Assembly (NCBI GenBank): GCA_003482905.1 | Contig: DMXM01000042.1 | Coordinates: forward strand, 2,398 to 66,397 | DNA: 64,000 nt | Source of the DNA: Elusimicrobiota bacterium | Lineage (GTDB): Bacteria; Elusimicrobiota; Elusimicrobia; Elusimicrobiales; UBA9959 | Direction of reading: 5' to 3' | In this document: in pieces, positions 6,670 through 14,931 of the stretch | Layout: each line of letters begins with the position of its first letter | Numbering within the stretch: position 1 is the stretch's first letter | Translations under genes and position numbers: made by a program | Notes under the pieces: generated by a model | Databases searched by the model: none | What the model was told of the DNA's origin: nothing | What the model saw: the letters and a program-made list of their open reading frames with translations, nothing else

Positions 6670-8027
6670 TTCTTGTCCCCCGGCAGGGCTATTCCCAGTC
6701 TTTTAATGGTGGCGTAAAGCAGCCTGGTGGATATCTTCAGGTCCTCCAGGGTTTTTGTTTTCTTGCCGCCGTTCTCCCGCAGGTTCCTGGCTATTATCTC
6801 GCCAGAGATCTTTTCCAGGGCGGCTTCCAGGCCGCGTTTCAGCGCGTCGGTATAGACGGCATCCGGCCCGCCGGCCGCCTCCGGCGCGCGGCGGGGCGCG
6901 CCCTGGCCGCCCTTCAGATGCTTCTGCACGGTATCAAGGCCCACGCGGCCGCCCTCGCCGCTGGACAGCAGGTCTATGAATTTCTTAAGTTCGCGCACAT
7001 TGCCGGGCCAGGCGTAATCTTCCATCCAGGCGCGGGCCTCGGCGGTGAAAGACAGGCGCTTGCCGCCCTTGGTGAAATGCTGCGCCAGCAGGAACACGTC
7101 GGTTTTTCTGTCGGCCAGCGGTTTAAGGTTTATGGTGTAGCCGTGTACGCGCTGGAACAGGTCGAAGCGCATTTTCCCTTTGGCTATCAGGTCCTGCGGG
7201 TCTTCCAGCGTGGCGCTGATGACGCGGAACTCCGAGTGCTCCGGTTTCTCCGAACCCAGCGGGTAGAAAGAGCGCTCCTCTATGGCCTTGAGCAGTTTAG
7301 ACTGCATGCCCAGGCTCATGGCTCCTATCTCGTCCAGAAAAAGCGTGCCCTTATGGGCCTCCAGCAGGCGGCCCTTGCGGCTGTCCGCGGCCCCGGTGAA
7401 AGCGCCCTTCCTGTAGCCGAAGAGCTCGGCTTCCAGCAGGTCCTCGCCGTAGGCGGAGCAGTTTATGGCCACAAAGGCGCCCTCGCGGCCGGAATGTTCG
7501 TGCAGCACTTTCGCCAGGGAGGTCTTGCCGGTGCCCGACGGGCCAAGTATAAGGATGGGTAGTTCGGTGGGGGCGTATTTCAGGGCCTCGCCGGCGGCCG
7601 CCTTGGTTTCCGGGTCTCCGGTGATGAAGGCGGAGGTGAAAATATCCGTCGCGGCCGCGGCTTTCCTGTTCTGGAGGAACTTGCGCAGGATGTCCGCCAC
7701 GTTGGATTCCTCGTTGCCCTTAGAGTAGAAATCCCCGGCGCCCAGTTCGTACGCGCGGTCTATGATCTCGTCGGAATCGGAGCTGGAGACCACCACCGCG
7801 TAGACGTTCCTGGCCGCGGCGGCGGCTATGGCCCGCAGGCCCGAGTAATCGTCGTCAGGGCCCAGCATCAGGTCGAAGAATCCGAGGTCGTAGCGGTTGG
7901 CCTCTATCTTCTTCAGGGCGGTTTTTAGGTCCCCGGCCAGGTCCACGTTGTGGGCGGCCAGGCGGGAGGCCATTATCTTCTGCGCCAGTTTGTCGTCTTC
8001 AAGCACCAGTATGTTAAGTTTTTGCAT
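6666..8027 (-). CDS. Sigma-54-dependent response regulator (REC + AAA+ + Fis-type HTH; NtrC family bEBP)
   Basis: Receiver ILVLEDD...FFDLMLG. Walker A GPSGTGKT; GAFTGA loop (YRKGAFTGA); EAELFGY; Walker B LFLDEIG. C-terminal HTH LEDLKISTRLLYATIKRLGI. Confidence 0.95.
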   Translation of the reverse strand: MQKLNILVLEDDKLAQKIMASRLAAHNVDLAGDLKTALKKIEANRYDLGFFDLMLGPDDDYSGLRAIAAAAARNVYAVVVSSSDSDEIIDRAYELGAGDFYSKGNEESNVADILRKFLQNRKAAAATDIFTSAFITGDPETKAAAGEALKYAPTELPILILGPSGTGKTSLAKVLHEHSGREGAFVAINCSAYGEDLLEAELFGYRKGAFTGAADSRKGRLLEAHKGTLFLDEIGAMSLGMQSKLLKAIEERSFYPLGSEKPEHSEFRVISATLEDPQDLIAKGKMRFDLFQRVHGYTINLKPLADRKTDVFLLAQHFTKGGKRLSFTAEARAWMEDYAWPGNVRELKKFIDLLSSGEGGRVGLDTVQKHLKGGQGAPRRAPEAAGGPDAVYTDALKRGLEAALEKISGEIIARNLRENGGKKTKTLEDLKISTRLLYATIKRLGIALPGDKK

Positions 8028-8030
8028 TAT

Positions 8031-8066
8031 ATTCTCTTTTGAGAAAGATTATTTTCATTTGAAAAT
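8031..8066. promoter_or_regulatory. Degenerate copies of the enhancer half-sites, in the divergent region between the bEBP and sigma-54-like genes
   Basis: ATTCTCTTTTGAGAA (8031-8045) and TTTTCATTTGAAAAT (8052-8066), versus the consensus arms ATTCTCAAATGAAAA / TTTTCATTTGAGAAT. Confidence 0.5.
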
Positions 8067-8142
8067 ATTTACCCCGGCTACTATTATACAGAAATTGGGC
8101 CGGGCCTCGCTTTCATTGGCGGGTGGTCCGCGGCGCCGGGGT

Positions 8143-8158
8143 TGGCATAATAATTGCT
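8143..8158 (+). promoter_or_regulatory. Sigma-54 (-24/-12) promoter
   Basis: TGGCAT-AATAA-TTGCT, identical to the copy at 5418. ATG 8206 with a GAGGT SD lies about 48 nt downstream of the -12 element. Confidence 0.8.
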
Positions 8159-8205
8159 CTATAAAAGGTTATAATGGTATCAACGTGCGGTTGCGAGGTA
8201 ACTAT

Positions 8206-9258
8206 ATGAAATTTAAATTGAACGCGGCTGGCAGAACAAGGACTTCAACGGCGCTGATGGGCGCGCTTAAAATGGCGCATATGGCGGAAATGCCGGAGGA
8301 GGAGTTCGAGAAGGTTTTAAAGGAGCTGGAGGCCAGCCGGTTCTTTGCGCTGCTCAAGGCCTCGGGCGTAATAAACCTGGCCGAGTTCCCGGCCGCGCGT
8401 TACGCCGCCCGGAATTACGCCGGTTACGGCCTGAAGCTTTCCGGCGGCGACCTGCCGGAATTGGCCGACGGTAAAGGCGACCTGGTGGAAATAATACGGG
8501 GCATAGGGCAGGAAAAATTCGAGGCGTGCTTCCTGAGGGACGCGGTTATGAGCGACGTGGAGCGGGCGGAAGAATGCGACATTACGGTGGCCGACGCCGG
8601 GCGCCTGAGGGATTTTGTGAACCGGGCCTATATACAGGCGGAATTCGAGGGCGCGCCCGAGGCCCCGGCCGCGCAGGTGTACAGCGCGGTGGCCGGCATA
8701 GAGATAGAGGACGGCGCCCCGGTGCTGGCTTTCTTTCACCGCGAGATCTGGAAAGGCCGCTACAAGGTGGACGAGGAGAAACTGGCGCGGCTAACCGGGG
8801 ATCTGCCACCGGCCCAGCGTCAGGGGGTGGAGAAACTCCTTAAGCGCGTGGAGTTCGCCGACAAGCGCAAAACCACGCTTTACCGCGCGCTGGAGATACT
8901 GCTCAATATACAGACGGAATACCTGACTACCGGGGAGCCGGGCCGGCGCCGGCCGCTTTCGCAGAAAACGCTGGCGAAAAACCTGGAGGTGGACGCCAGC
9001 GTGCTCAACCGCCTGGTCTCGAATAAATCGGTGCAATTGCCCTGGGGAACCGAGGCGCCCATGAGCGTGCTGCTCCCCAGCGCCAAGCAGGTTAACCTGG
9101 AACGGCTTTATGCTATAGCCTCGGAGAATCCGGAACTGAGCGACGAAAAGCTGAAGGTGGAGCTGAAGGTGCGCCACGGGGTGGCGCTGTCCAGGCGGTC
9201 GGTGGCGCAGTACCGCAAGGATATGTCGCTGGCGGCCGGCGGTTCCAGGCGGCCCTAA
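8206..9258 (+). CDS. Short, divergent sigma-54 (RpoN) family protein, 350 aa
   Basis: C-terminal RpoN-box-like ALSRRSVAQYRKDM (canonical ARRTVAKYR). HTH region PLSQKTLAKNLEVDASVLNRLVSNKSVQLPWGTEAPMSVLL (canonical ...STVSRA..NKY..TP.G...LK.FF). N-terminus MKFKLN...L..L. The track start at 7897 overlaps the bEBP gene and the promoter, so it is rejected. Confidence 0.7.
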   Translation: MKFKLNAAGRTRTSTALMGALKMAHMAEMPEEEFEKVLKELEASRFFALLKASGVINLAEFPAARYAARNYAGYGLKLSGGDLPELADGKGDLVEIIRGIGQEKFEACFLRDAVMSDVERAEECDITVADAGRLRDFVNRAYIQAEFEGAPEAPAAQVYSAVAGIEIEDGAPVLAFFHREIWKGRYKVDEEKLARLTGDLPPAQRQGVEKLLKRVEFADKRKTTLYRALEILLNIQTEYLTTGEPGRRRPLSQKTLAKNLEVDASVLNRLVSNKSVQLPWGTEAPMSVLLPSAKQVNLERLYAIASENPELSDEKLKVELKVRHGVALSRRSVAQYRKDMSLAAGGSRRP

Positions 9259-9321
9259 AGTATTTGAACGTGGGTTTTAAAATTGCTAGAATGGTTATTC
9301 GGTCGGCAATGCCAGATTTAC

Positions 9322-9395
9322 GGGCCCGTAGCTCAGTTGGTTAGAGCAAACGACTCATAATCGTTGGGTCGAAGGTTCAAGTCCTTCCGGGCCCA
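9322..9395 (+). tRNA. tRNA with CAU anticodon (elongator Met, or Ile2 if lysidinylated)
   Basis: Cloverleaf: acceptor GGGCCCG/CGGGCCC, D stem GCTC/GAGC, anticodon stem AACGA/TCGTT with loop CTCATAA, T arm GAAGG-TTCAAGT-CCTTC. No encoded CCA. Confidence 0.95.
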
Positions 9396-9401
9396 GTATT
9401 T

Positions 9402-9437
9402 AAAAGGCCGTCCCTGCTAAAGGGACGGCCTTTTTTT
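9402..9437. terminator. Bidirectional rho-independent terminator
   Basis: GGCCGTCCCT-GCTAA-AGGGACGGCC flanked by AAAA and TTTTTTT. It sits between the tRNA and the convergent gene ending at 9457. Confidence 0.85.
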
Positions 9438-9456
9438 CATGGATAGGGACGCCGAG

Positions 9457-10518
9457 TTATTTTTTTATCGCCTTATCTTCCTTAAAAGAGTATTCGGCCT
9501 TGAGCGGGCCGCCTTCCTCGTAGACGCGCAACAATTTAAGAACCGATTTTTCAAAGACGAACTCTTTGCTCAGTTTTCCTTCCTTGGAATAAACCTTTAT
9601 CGCGCCGTCGGGGATCTTGCCTTCCTGGCTTATAATGTTGAAGTCCTTGTCCAGGTGCGCTTTTCCTATATATTTTCCGTTGAGCTGGAAGGCGAAGCGC
9701 TCGCCGCGCGCCAGGGACATGGTCTTTACCGTTACCAGGGATTCCTGTTCCTTGGCGGGTTCAGGTGCGGTCTGCGCTTTAGGCGGTTCGGCCACGTGGT
9801 CGTCAATGTAATAGGTTTCGGATTTAATCAGGCCGCCGGCGTCGAATTCTTTTTTCCAGCCGTTGAGCCTATCGTTCTTGTAGGTGGCTTCCATCAGGGG
9901 CTTGCCGTCATCGGCGTAATAATTGAAAGGGCCGTCCTTAGCGCCGGCCAGGTAATAGGCCTCTATCTGCACCTTCCCCGAGGGGTAGTAGGCCTTCAGT
10001 GTGCCGCTGGTTTTGCCGTTGGCCATGGTCTTTACCGTCTTGAGGGCGCCGGTGTCATAATATTCGGTGTAAGTCCCGTCTTTTATGGCGCCCTCAATTC
10101 CGGCGGGAGCGCCGGCGGCGTCAAATGTTTCGGTGGCTATGGCTACGCCGTTTTCGGAGTAGACCAGCAGGCGCGTGGAGGTGCTGGGCAGAATGGTGGT
10201 GAAGGTGAGTTTGAGGGGGGGCTGTTCCGGGGCCGGCAGCGCGGCGTGGACTTGCGCCGCTGGCGCGGTGGAGGCTGCGGCTTCAGGCGCGGTTGGGGGC
10301 TGCGCAGCTGCCGGCTGTACGGCCGCCGCCTCTGGCTGGCGTTCCTGAACATCGGATCTGTTTATGGTGAGCGAGCCGTATTTGGTCTTAACCAGCAGGG
10401 CGTCGTCAGTTTCTCCGGTTACTTCGCCGTCCAGTTTGGCCCCGTCCTTCATTATGAACGTGTCGGCATGGCAGAAGCCGGGTACTAATAAAAGGGCTGC
10501 GTAAATTAACGATTTCAT
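9457..10518 (-). CDS. Secreted MORN-repeat-variant (YwqK-like) protein with an Ala/Pro-rich linker
   Basis: Signal peptide MKSLIYAALLLVPGFCHA. Repeats YYPSGKVQIEAYYLAGAKDGPFNYYADDGKPLMEATYKNDRLNGWKKEF. Confidence 0.75.
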   Translation of the reverse strand: MKSLIYAALLLVPGFCHADTFIMKDGAKLDGEVTGETDDALLVKTKYGSLTINRSDVQERQPEAAAVQPAAAQPPTAPEAAASTAPAAQVHAALPAPEQPPLKLTFTTILPSTSTRLLVYSENGVAIATETFDAAGAPAGIEGAIKDGTYTEYYDTGALKTVKTMANGKTSGTLKAYYPSGKVQIEAYYLAGAKDGPFNYYADDGKPLMEATYKNDRLNGWKKEFDAGGLIKSETYYIDDHVAEPPKAQTAPEPAKEQESLVTVKTMSLARGERFAFQLNGKYIGKAHLDKDFNIISQEGKIPDGAIKVYSKEGKLSKEFVFEKSVLKLLRVYEEGGPLKAEYSFKEDKAIKK

Positions 10519-10608
10519 ATAACCTCCGATGGTCTTATTCTACAAAAGAAAACCGGGGGAGGCGAGGAGACCCCCGGTCGTGCGCGCCCGGGCCCCGGAA
10601 AAGAGGCC

Positions 10609-10637
10609 TTGACATAATGATACCGGAGTGGTATCAT
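10609..10637 (+). promoter_or_regulatory. Sigma-70-type promoter with an embedded 7-bp inverted repeat (candidate Rrf2 operator)
   Basis: TTGACA (10609-10614), 17-nt spacer, TATCAT (10632-10637). TGATACC-GGAGT-GGTATCA at 10618-10636. Confidence 0.6.
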
Positions 10638-10647
10638 ATAACACAAG

Positions 10648-11043
10648 ATGAAACTATTGAACAGGGATGTTGATTATGCGGCCAGGGCGCTGGTTTTTAT
10701 GGCCAGGGCGAATAAACCTACCGTTTCAGTGACCCAGATGCAGGAAACGGTGGGCGTCAGCCGGCCTTTTCTGCGCAAAACCATGCAGAAGCTGCACAAA
10801 GCCGGCATACTGCAGTCCGTTAAAGGCAAGGGCGGGGGTTTCGCGCTGGCGCGCCGCCCCGAAACCATAACCTTGGCCGCCCTGGTGGCGGCGCTTCAGG
10901 GCCCGCTGAAGCTGAACGACTGCGTCTTCCGTAAAAAGATCTGCCGGAACCACGGCGCCTGCCTCCTGCGCCACAAAATAGCGGCCATAGAAACCCGCAT
11001 GATATCGGAAATAGAGGGAATAACGATCAGAGACCTTATATGA
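10648..11043 (+). CDS. Rrf2-family transcriptional regulator
   Basis: N-terminal wHTH MKLLNRDVDYAARALVFMA...; C-terminal Cys triad CVFRKKICRNHGAC. Confidence 0.85.
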   Translation: MKLLNRDVDYAARALVFMARANKPTVSVTQMQETVGVSRPFLRKTMQKLHKAGILQSVKGKGGGFALARRPETITLAALVAALQGPLKLNDCVFRKKICRNHGACLLRHKIAAIETRMISEIEGITIRDLI

Positions 11044-11921
11044 AAACCAAAAGACAGATAATCAAGATAGACGAGCGGTTATGCGACGGCTGCGGCAATT
11101 GCGTGACCGGCTGCCATGAGGGCGCGCTGCAGGTGATAGACGGAAAGGCCCGCCTGATCAGCGACCTGCTCTGCGACGGCCTGGGCGCCTGCATAGGCGA
11201 ATGCCCCCGCGGCGCTATAAAAATAGAGGAGCGCCAGGCCGAGCCCTACGACGAGGTTAAAGTGATGGAGGGCATGGTAAAACACGGGGCCAACACCATA
11301 AAGGCCCACCTTAAACATCTTAAAGACCACGCGCAGAAAACGTTTTTAAATCAGGCCTTTGATTACCTGAAACAGCATAACATTCCCAATCCAATGGAGG
11401 AAGAAAAAGACATGTCAAAAGATAAAGAGAGCAAACACAAGCACGGCGGCCACGAACCCTGCGGCTGCCCCGGCGGGCGGACCATGGACCTGCGCGAAAC
11501 CTGCGGCTGCGAAGAAGGGACCGGCGATCCCGCCGCCAAGTCCCAACTGCGCCAGTGGCCGGTGCAGCTGCATCTGGCCTCCCCCATGGCGCCCTACTTC
11601 GAAAAGGCCGATGTGGTAATAGCCGCGGACTGCACGGCTTACGCCTACGGCAACTTTCACAACGATTTCATAAAAGGAAAAGCCATAGTTATCGCCTGCC
11701 CCAAACTTGACGACGGCCAGGAGATCTACGCCGAAAAGATCCAGGCGCTGATCGAGGACGCCAAGGTGAACACGCTCACCGTGGTCACCATGGAAGTGCC
11801 CTGCTGCAACGGCCTGCTGGCCATGGTAAAGACCGCCGCCGCGGCTGCCGGCCGCAAAGTGCCCATAAAGCACGTGGTCATAGGCATACAGGGCGGCATA
11901 AAGAGCGAGGCTTGGGCGTAA
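11040..11921 (+). CDS. 4Fe-4S dicluster domain protein with a His/Cys-rich linker and a conserved C-terminal domain
   Basis: CDGCGNCVTGC and CDGLGACIGECP ferredoxin motifs. Linker HKHGGHEPCGCPGG...ETCGCEEG. C-terminus ACPKLDD...MEVPCCNGL. ATGA overlap with the Rrf2 stop. Confidence 0.8.
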   Translation: MKTKRQIIKIDERLCDGCGNCVTGCHEGALQVIDGKARLISDLLCDGLGACIGECPRGAIKIEERQAEPYDEVKVMEGMVKHGANTIKAHLKHLKDHAQKTFLNQAFDYLKQHNIPNPMEEEKDMSKDKESKHKHGGHEPCGCPGGRTMDLRETCGCEEGTGDPAAKSQLRQWPVQLHLASPMAPYFEKADVVIAADCTAYAYGNFHNDFIKGKAIVIACPKLDDGQEIYAEKIQALIEDAKVNTLTVVTMEVPCCNGLLAMVKTAAAAAGRKVPIKHVVIGIQGGIKSEAWA

Positions 11922-12018
11922 AGAGACGCCGCAAGGTCAGGGATAAAGGCCTTTCCAGTCCCTGGCGGGGCGGCATTTAATTGAGAAAGCGGCTGGATTT
12001 TTGATAAGATATTTTTAC

Positions 12019-12090
12019 GGTGCGGTGGCCAAGTGGTAAGGCGAGAGTCTGCAAAACTCTTATTCGTGGGTTCGATTCCCACCCGCACCT
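12019..12090 (+). tRNA. tRNA-Cys (GCA)
   Basis: Acceptor GGTGCGG/CCGCACC with discriminator T. Anticodon stem AGAGT/ACTCT with loop CTGCAAA. T arm GTGGG-TTCGATT-CCCAC. Confidence 0.95.
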
Positions 12091-12123
12091 TAAAAATTTT
12101 CGGTGAAGTGCCCGCTTTCACCT

Positions 12124-13284
12124 ATGAACCTCAGCAGACTTGCCCTCTCCCTCGGCCAATCGGCCACCCTTAAGTTGAACGAATTAGCCAACAACCTTAA
12201 AGCCGAGGGCAAGCCCGTCATCCACCTGGGCGGCGGCGAACCCGAGGAAAAAATACCCAGCGGAGCTTTCGAGGAAAGCCGCAAAATGCTGGACGGCGGG
12301 TTTGTGCGCTACACTCCCGTCTCCGGCACGGCCCCCCTTAAAAAAGAGATAGCCGCCTACACCGAGGCTTATTACGGCGTAAAACCCGGCCCAAAGAACA
12401 TAGTGGTGGCCTCCGGGGCCAAGCAGGCCATTTACAATTTTTTAATTTCAGTGGTGGACCCGGGCGACCAGGTGATCTTCCCCGCGCCTTACTGGGTGAG
12501 CTACCCGGAAATGGTGCGCCTGGCCTACGGCCTGCCGGTTATAGTGCGCCCGCCCAAAGGCGAGCTGCTGGTTTCAGCCGCCGACATCGAGGCCCATCTT
12601 ACCAGCCGCACCAAAGCCATACTGCTCAACAGTCCCAATAACCCTTCCGGCCAGGTATATAGCGAAGACTTCGTGCGCGAAATGGTGGAGATCTGCGAAC
12701 ACCGCAATATCTACCTGCTCATGGACGACATCTACAACCGCCTGGTGTTCGACGGCCAGAAAGCCCCGTCGGCCTTTAATTTCTCCAAGCGGCCCCTGAA
12801 CGAGTCCATTATCGTCTCAATAAACGGCGTGTCCAAGACTTTCTCCATGACCGGCTACCGCATAGGCTGGAGCGTGGCCAACGAGGCCCTGACCCAGGCC
12901 ATGGTAAAAGTGCAGGCGCAGGTCTCTTCCTGCCCGTCGGCGCTCAGCCAGGCCGCCGCGGCCGGGGCGCTGCGCGAAGGGAACGGCTTTGTGGAAGCCC
13001 TGCGCGCGGGGCTCGAGAAAAAGCGCGACGTGATGGTGGCCGAGCTCTCCAAATTTAAAAAGGTGAAACTTAACGCGCCGCAGGGGACTTTCTACAGTTT
13101 TCCGGATTTCAGCGCCTACGAGCCCGACTCGACCAGGCTTTCTAATATGCTGCTGGAAAAAGCCATGGTGGTGACGGTGCCGGGCGTGGAGTTCGGCCTG
13201 GAAGGCCACCTGCGCCTGAGCTACTGCGGCTCGGAAGCCGACATAGTGGAAGGCGTTTCCCGTATCCGTAAAATACTGGACTGA
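12124..13284 (+). CDS. Class I pyridoxal-phosphate-dependent aminotransferase (aspartate aminotransferase-like)
   Basis: PLP-lysine motif SKTFSMTGYRIGW; NSPNNPSG. The track start (GTG 12103) is only 13 nt after the tRNA, so ATG 12124 (MNLSRLAL...) is preferred. Confidence 0.85.
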   Translation: MNLSRLALSLGQSATLKLNELANNLKAEGKPVIHLGGGEPEEKIPSGAFEESRKMLDGGFVRYTPVSGTAPLKKEIAAYTEAYYGVKPGPKNIVVASGAKQAIYNFLISVVDPGDQVIFPAPYWVSYPEMVRLAYGLPVIVRPPKGELLVSAADIEAHLTSRTKAILLNSPNNPSGQVYSEDFVREMVEICEHRNIYLLMDDIYNRLVFDGQKAPSAFNFSKRPLNESIIVSINGVSKTFSMTGYRIGWSVANEALTQAMVKVQAQVSSCPSALSQAAAAGALREGNGFVEALRAGLEKKRDVMVAELSKFKKVKLNAPQGTFYSFPDFSAYEPDSTRLSNMLLEKAMVVTVPGVEFGLEGHLRLSYCGSEADIVEGVSRIRKILD

Positions 13285-13302
13285 CCCGGACAGGAGGCCT
13301 GA

Positions 13303-14931
13303 ATGCCCGCCAGCCTTAAACTTAAATCTGAAGCCAAAAGAGGAAGCACCATGGAAACCAATACGCCGGCCGCGGGCGCGGAATTGACCACTACGAAGAC
13401 GATGTTCAGGAACCTGTCTGCCCCCGCCCTTTACGAACACGCCGTCGCCAAAAAAGAGGCCGAGATAGTGAAAGGCGGAGCGCTGGCCGCCCGCACCGGC
13501 AAGCATACGGCCCGCTCAGCGCAGGATAAATTTATAGTAAAAGAGCCCGGGAGCGAAAAGAATATCTGGTGGGGCGACCAGAACACCGCGATAGACGGCG
13601 AAAAATTCGACGGCCTGCTGCGCAAGGTGCAGGGCTACCTGGCCGGGCGCGACGTGTATCAGCGCGACTGCTATGCCGGTTCCGACCCGAAGAACCGCCT
13701 GAATGTGCGCGTTTATACCGAGCTGGCCTGGCACAGCCTGTTCGCCGGGCATATGTTCATCGATCCGCCGGCGGAGGAGCTGGCCGGTTTCAGGCCGGAT
13801 TTTACCGTAATAAACGCGCCGGGTTTTACCGCCCTGCCGGCCGTGGATGGTACGCGGGGCGGCGCTTTCATATTGCTTAATTTCAAGCGCAAGATCATCC
13901 TTATTGGCGGCACCGCTTACGCGGGCGAGATAAAGAAATCCATATTCAGCGTGATGAACTACCTGCTGCCGCTCAAGGGCGTGATGCCCATGCACTGCTC
14001 GGCCAACGTGGGCAAGAACGACGACACGGCCATCTTCTTCGGCCTGTCCGGCACCGGCAAGACCACGCTGTCCTCGGACCCGCTCAGGCGTCTGATAGGA
14101 GACGACGAACACGGCTGGAGCGACAACGGCATTTTCAACTTTGAAGGCGGCTGCTACGCCAAGGTCATCAACCTGTCGGCCGAGGCCGAGCCGCAGATCT
14201 ACGCGGCTACCGGGCGCTTCGGCACCATCCTCGAGAACGTGGCGTACGACAAAGATACCCGCGCGCTGGACCTCAACGACGGAACCCTGACCGAGAACAC
14301 GCGCGCCGCCTACCCGCTGGACTACATAGACAACGCCATCAAGGGCGCCGCCTTCCCGCACCCGAAGAACATAGTGATGCTGACCTACGACGCTTTCGGC
14401 GTGCTGCCGCCCATTGCCAGGCTGTCCTACGAGCAAGCCATGTACCACTTCATCAGCGGCTATACCGCCAAGGTGGCCAACACGGAAATGGGCATTAAAG
14501 AGCCCAAGGCCACCTTCAGCACCTGTTTCGGGGCGCCGTTCATGAGCCACCACCCCTCGGTTTACGCCGAGCTGCTCGAAAAGAAAATGCGCGGGCACAA
14601 AGCGGACTGCTGGCTGATAAACACGGGCTTGTGCGGCGGGCCTTACGGGGTGGGCAAGCGCATGAGCATACAGCACACCCGCGCGCTGCTCAATTCCGCG
14701 CTGGACGGGAAGCTGGCCAAGGTGAAATTTACCAAAGACCAGGTTTTCGGGTTCGAGATCCCGACGAAGTGCCCCGGCGTGCCGGCCGATGTGCTTAACC
14801 CGCGCGAAGCCTGGGCCGACAAGGCGCTGTATGACGCCAAATGCAAAGAACTGGCCGGCCTTTTCGCCGCCAACTTCAAAAAGTTCAACGTGACCAGCAA
14901 AGCCATAAGCGGCGCTGGGCCTAAGATCTGA
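13303..14931 (+). CDS. pckA: Phosphoenolpyruvate carboxykinase (ATP)
   Basis: Kinase-1a GLSGTGKTTLS; IGDDEHGW; full-length similarity to the PckA family. AGGAGG lies 5 nt before ATG 13303 (alternative start at 13351). Confidence 0.95.
   Translation: MPASLKLKSEAKRGSTMETNTPAAGAELTTTKTMFRNLSAPALYEHAVAKKEAEIVKGGALAARTGKHTARSAQDKFIVKEPGSEKNIWWGDQNTAIDGEKFDGLLRKVQGYLAGRDVYQRDCYAGSDPKNRLNVRVYTELAWHSLFAGHMFIDPPAEELAGFRPDFTVINAPGFTALPAVDGTRGGAFILLNFKRKIILIGGTAYAGEIKKSIFSVMNYLLPLKGVMPMHCSANVGKNDDTAIFFGLSGTGKTTLSSDPLRRLIGDDEHGWSDNGIFNFEGGCYAKVINLSAEAEPQIYAATGRFGTILENVAYDKDTRALDLNDGTLTENTRAAYPLDYIDNAIKGAAFPHPKNIVMLTYDAFGVLPPIARLSYEQAMYHFISGYTAKVANTEMGIKEPKATFSTCFGAPFMSHHPSVYAELLEKKMRGHKADCWLINTGLCGGPYGVGKRMSIQHTRALLNSALDGKLAKVKFTKDQVFGFEIPTKCPGVPADVLNPREAWADKALYDAKCKELAGLFAANFKKFNVTSKAISGAGPKI

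Noticed and set aside
7897-8205. N-terminal 103-codon extension of the sigma-54-like ORF as given in the track
   Set aside because: It would overlap the activator gene's 5' end and read through the enhancer half-sites and the -24/-12 promoter. ATG 8206 has an SD and gives an RpoN-like MK..L N-terminus.
9439-10488. 349-aa + strand ORF opposite the MORN-repeat gene
   Set aside because: The minus-strand product has a signal peptide and recognisable MORN-variant repeats. The + frame is Gly/Phe/Arg-rich and starts inside the terminator T-tract.
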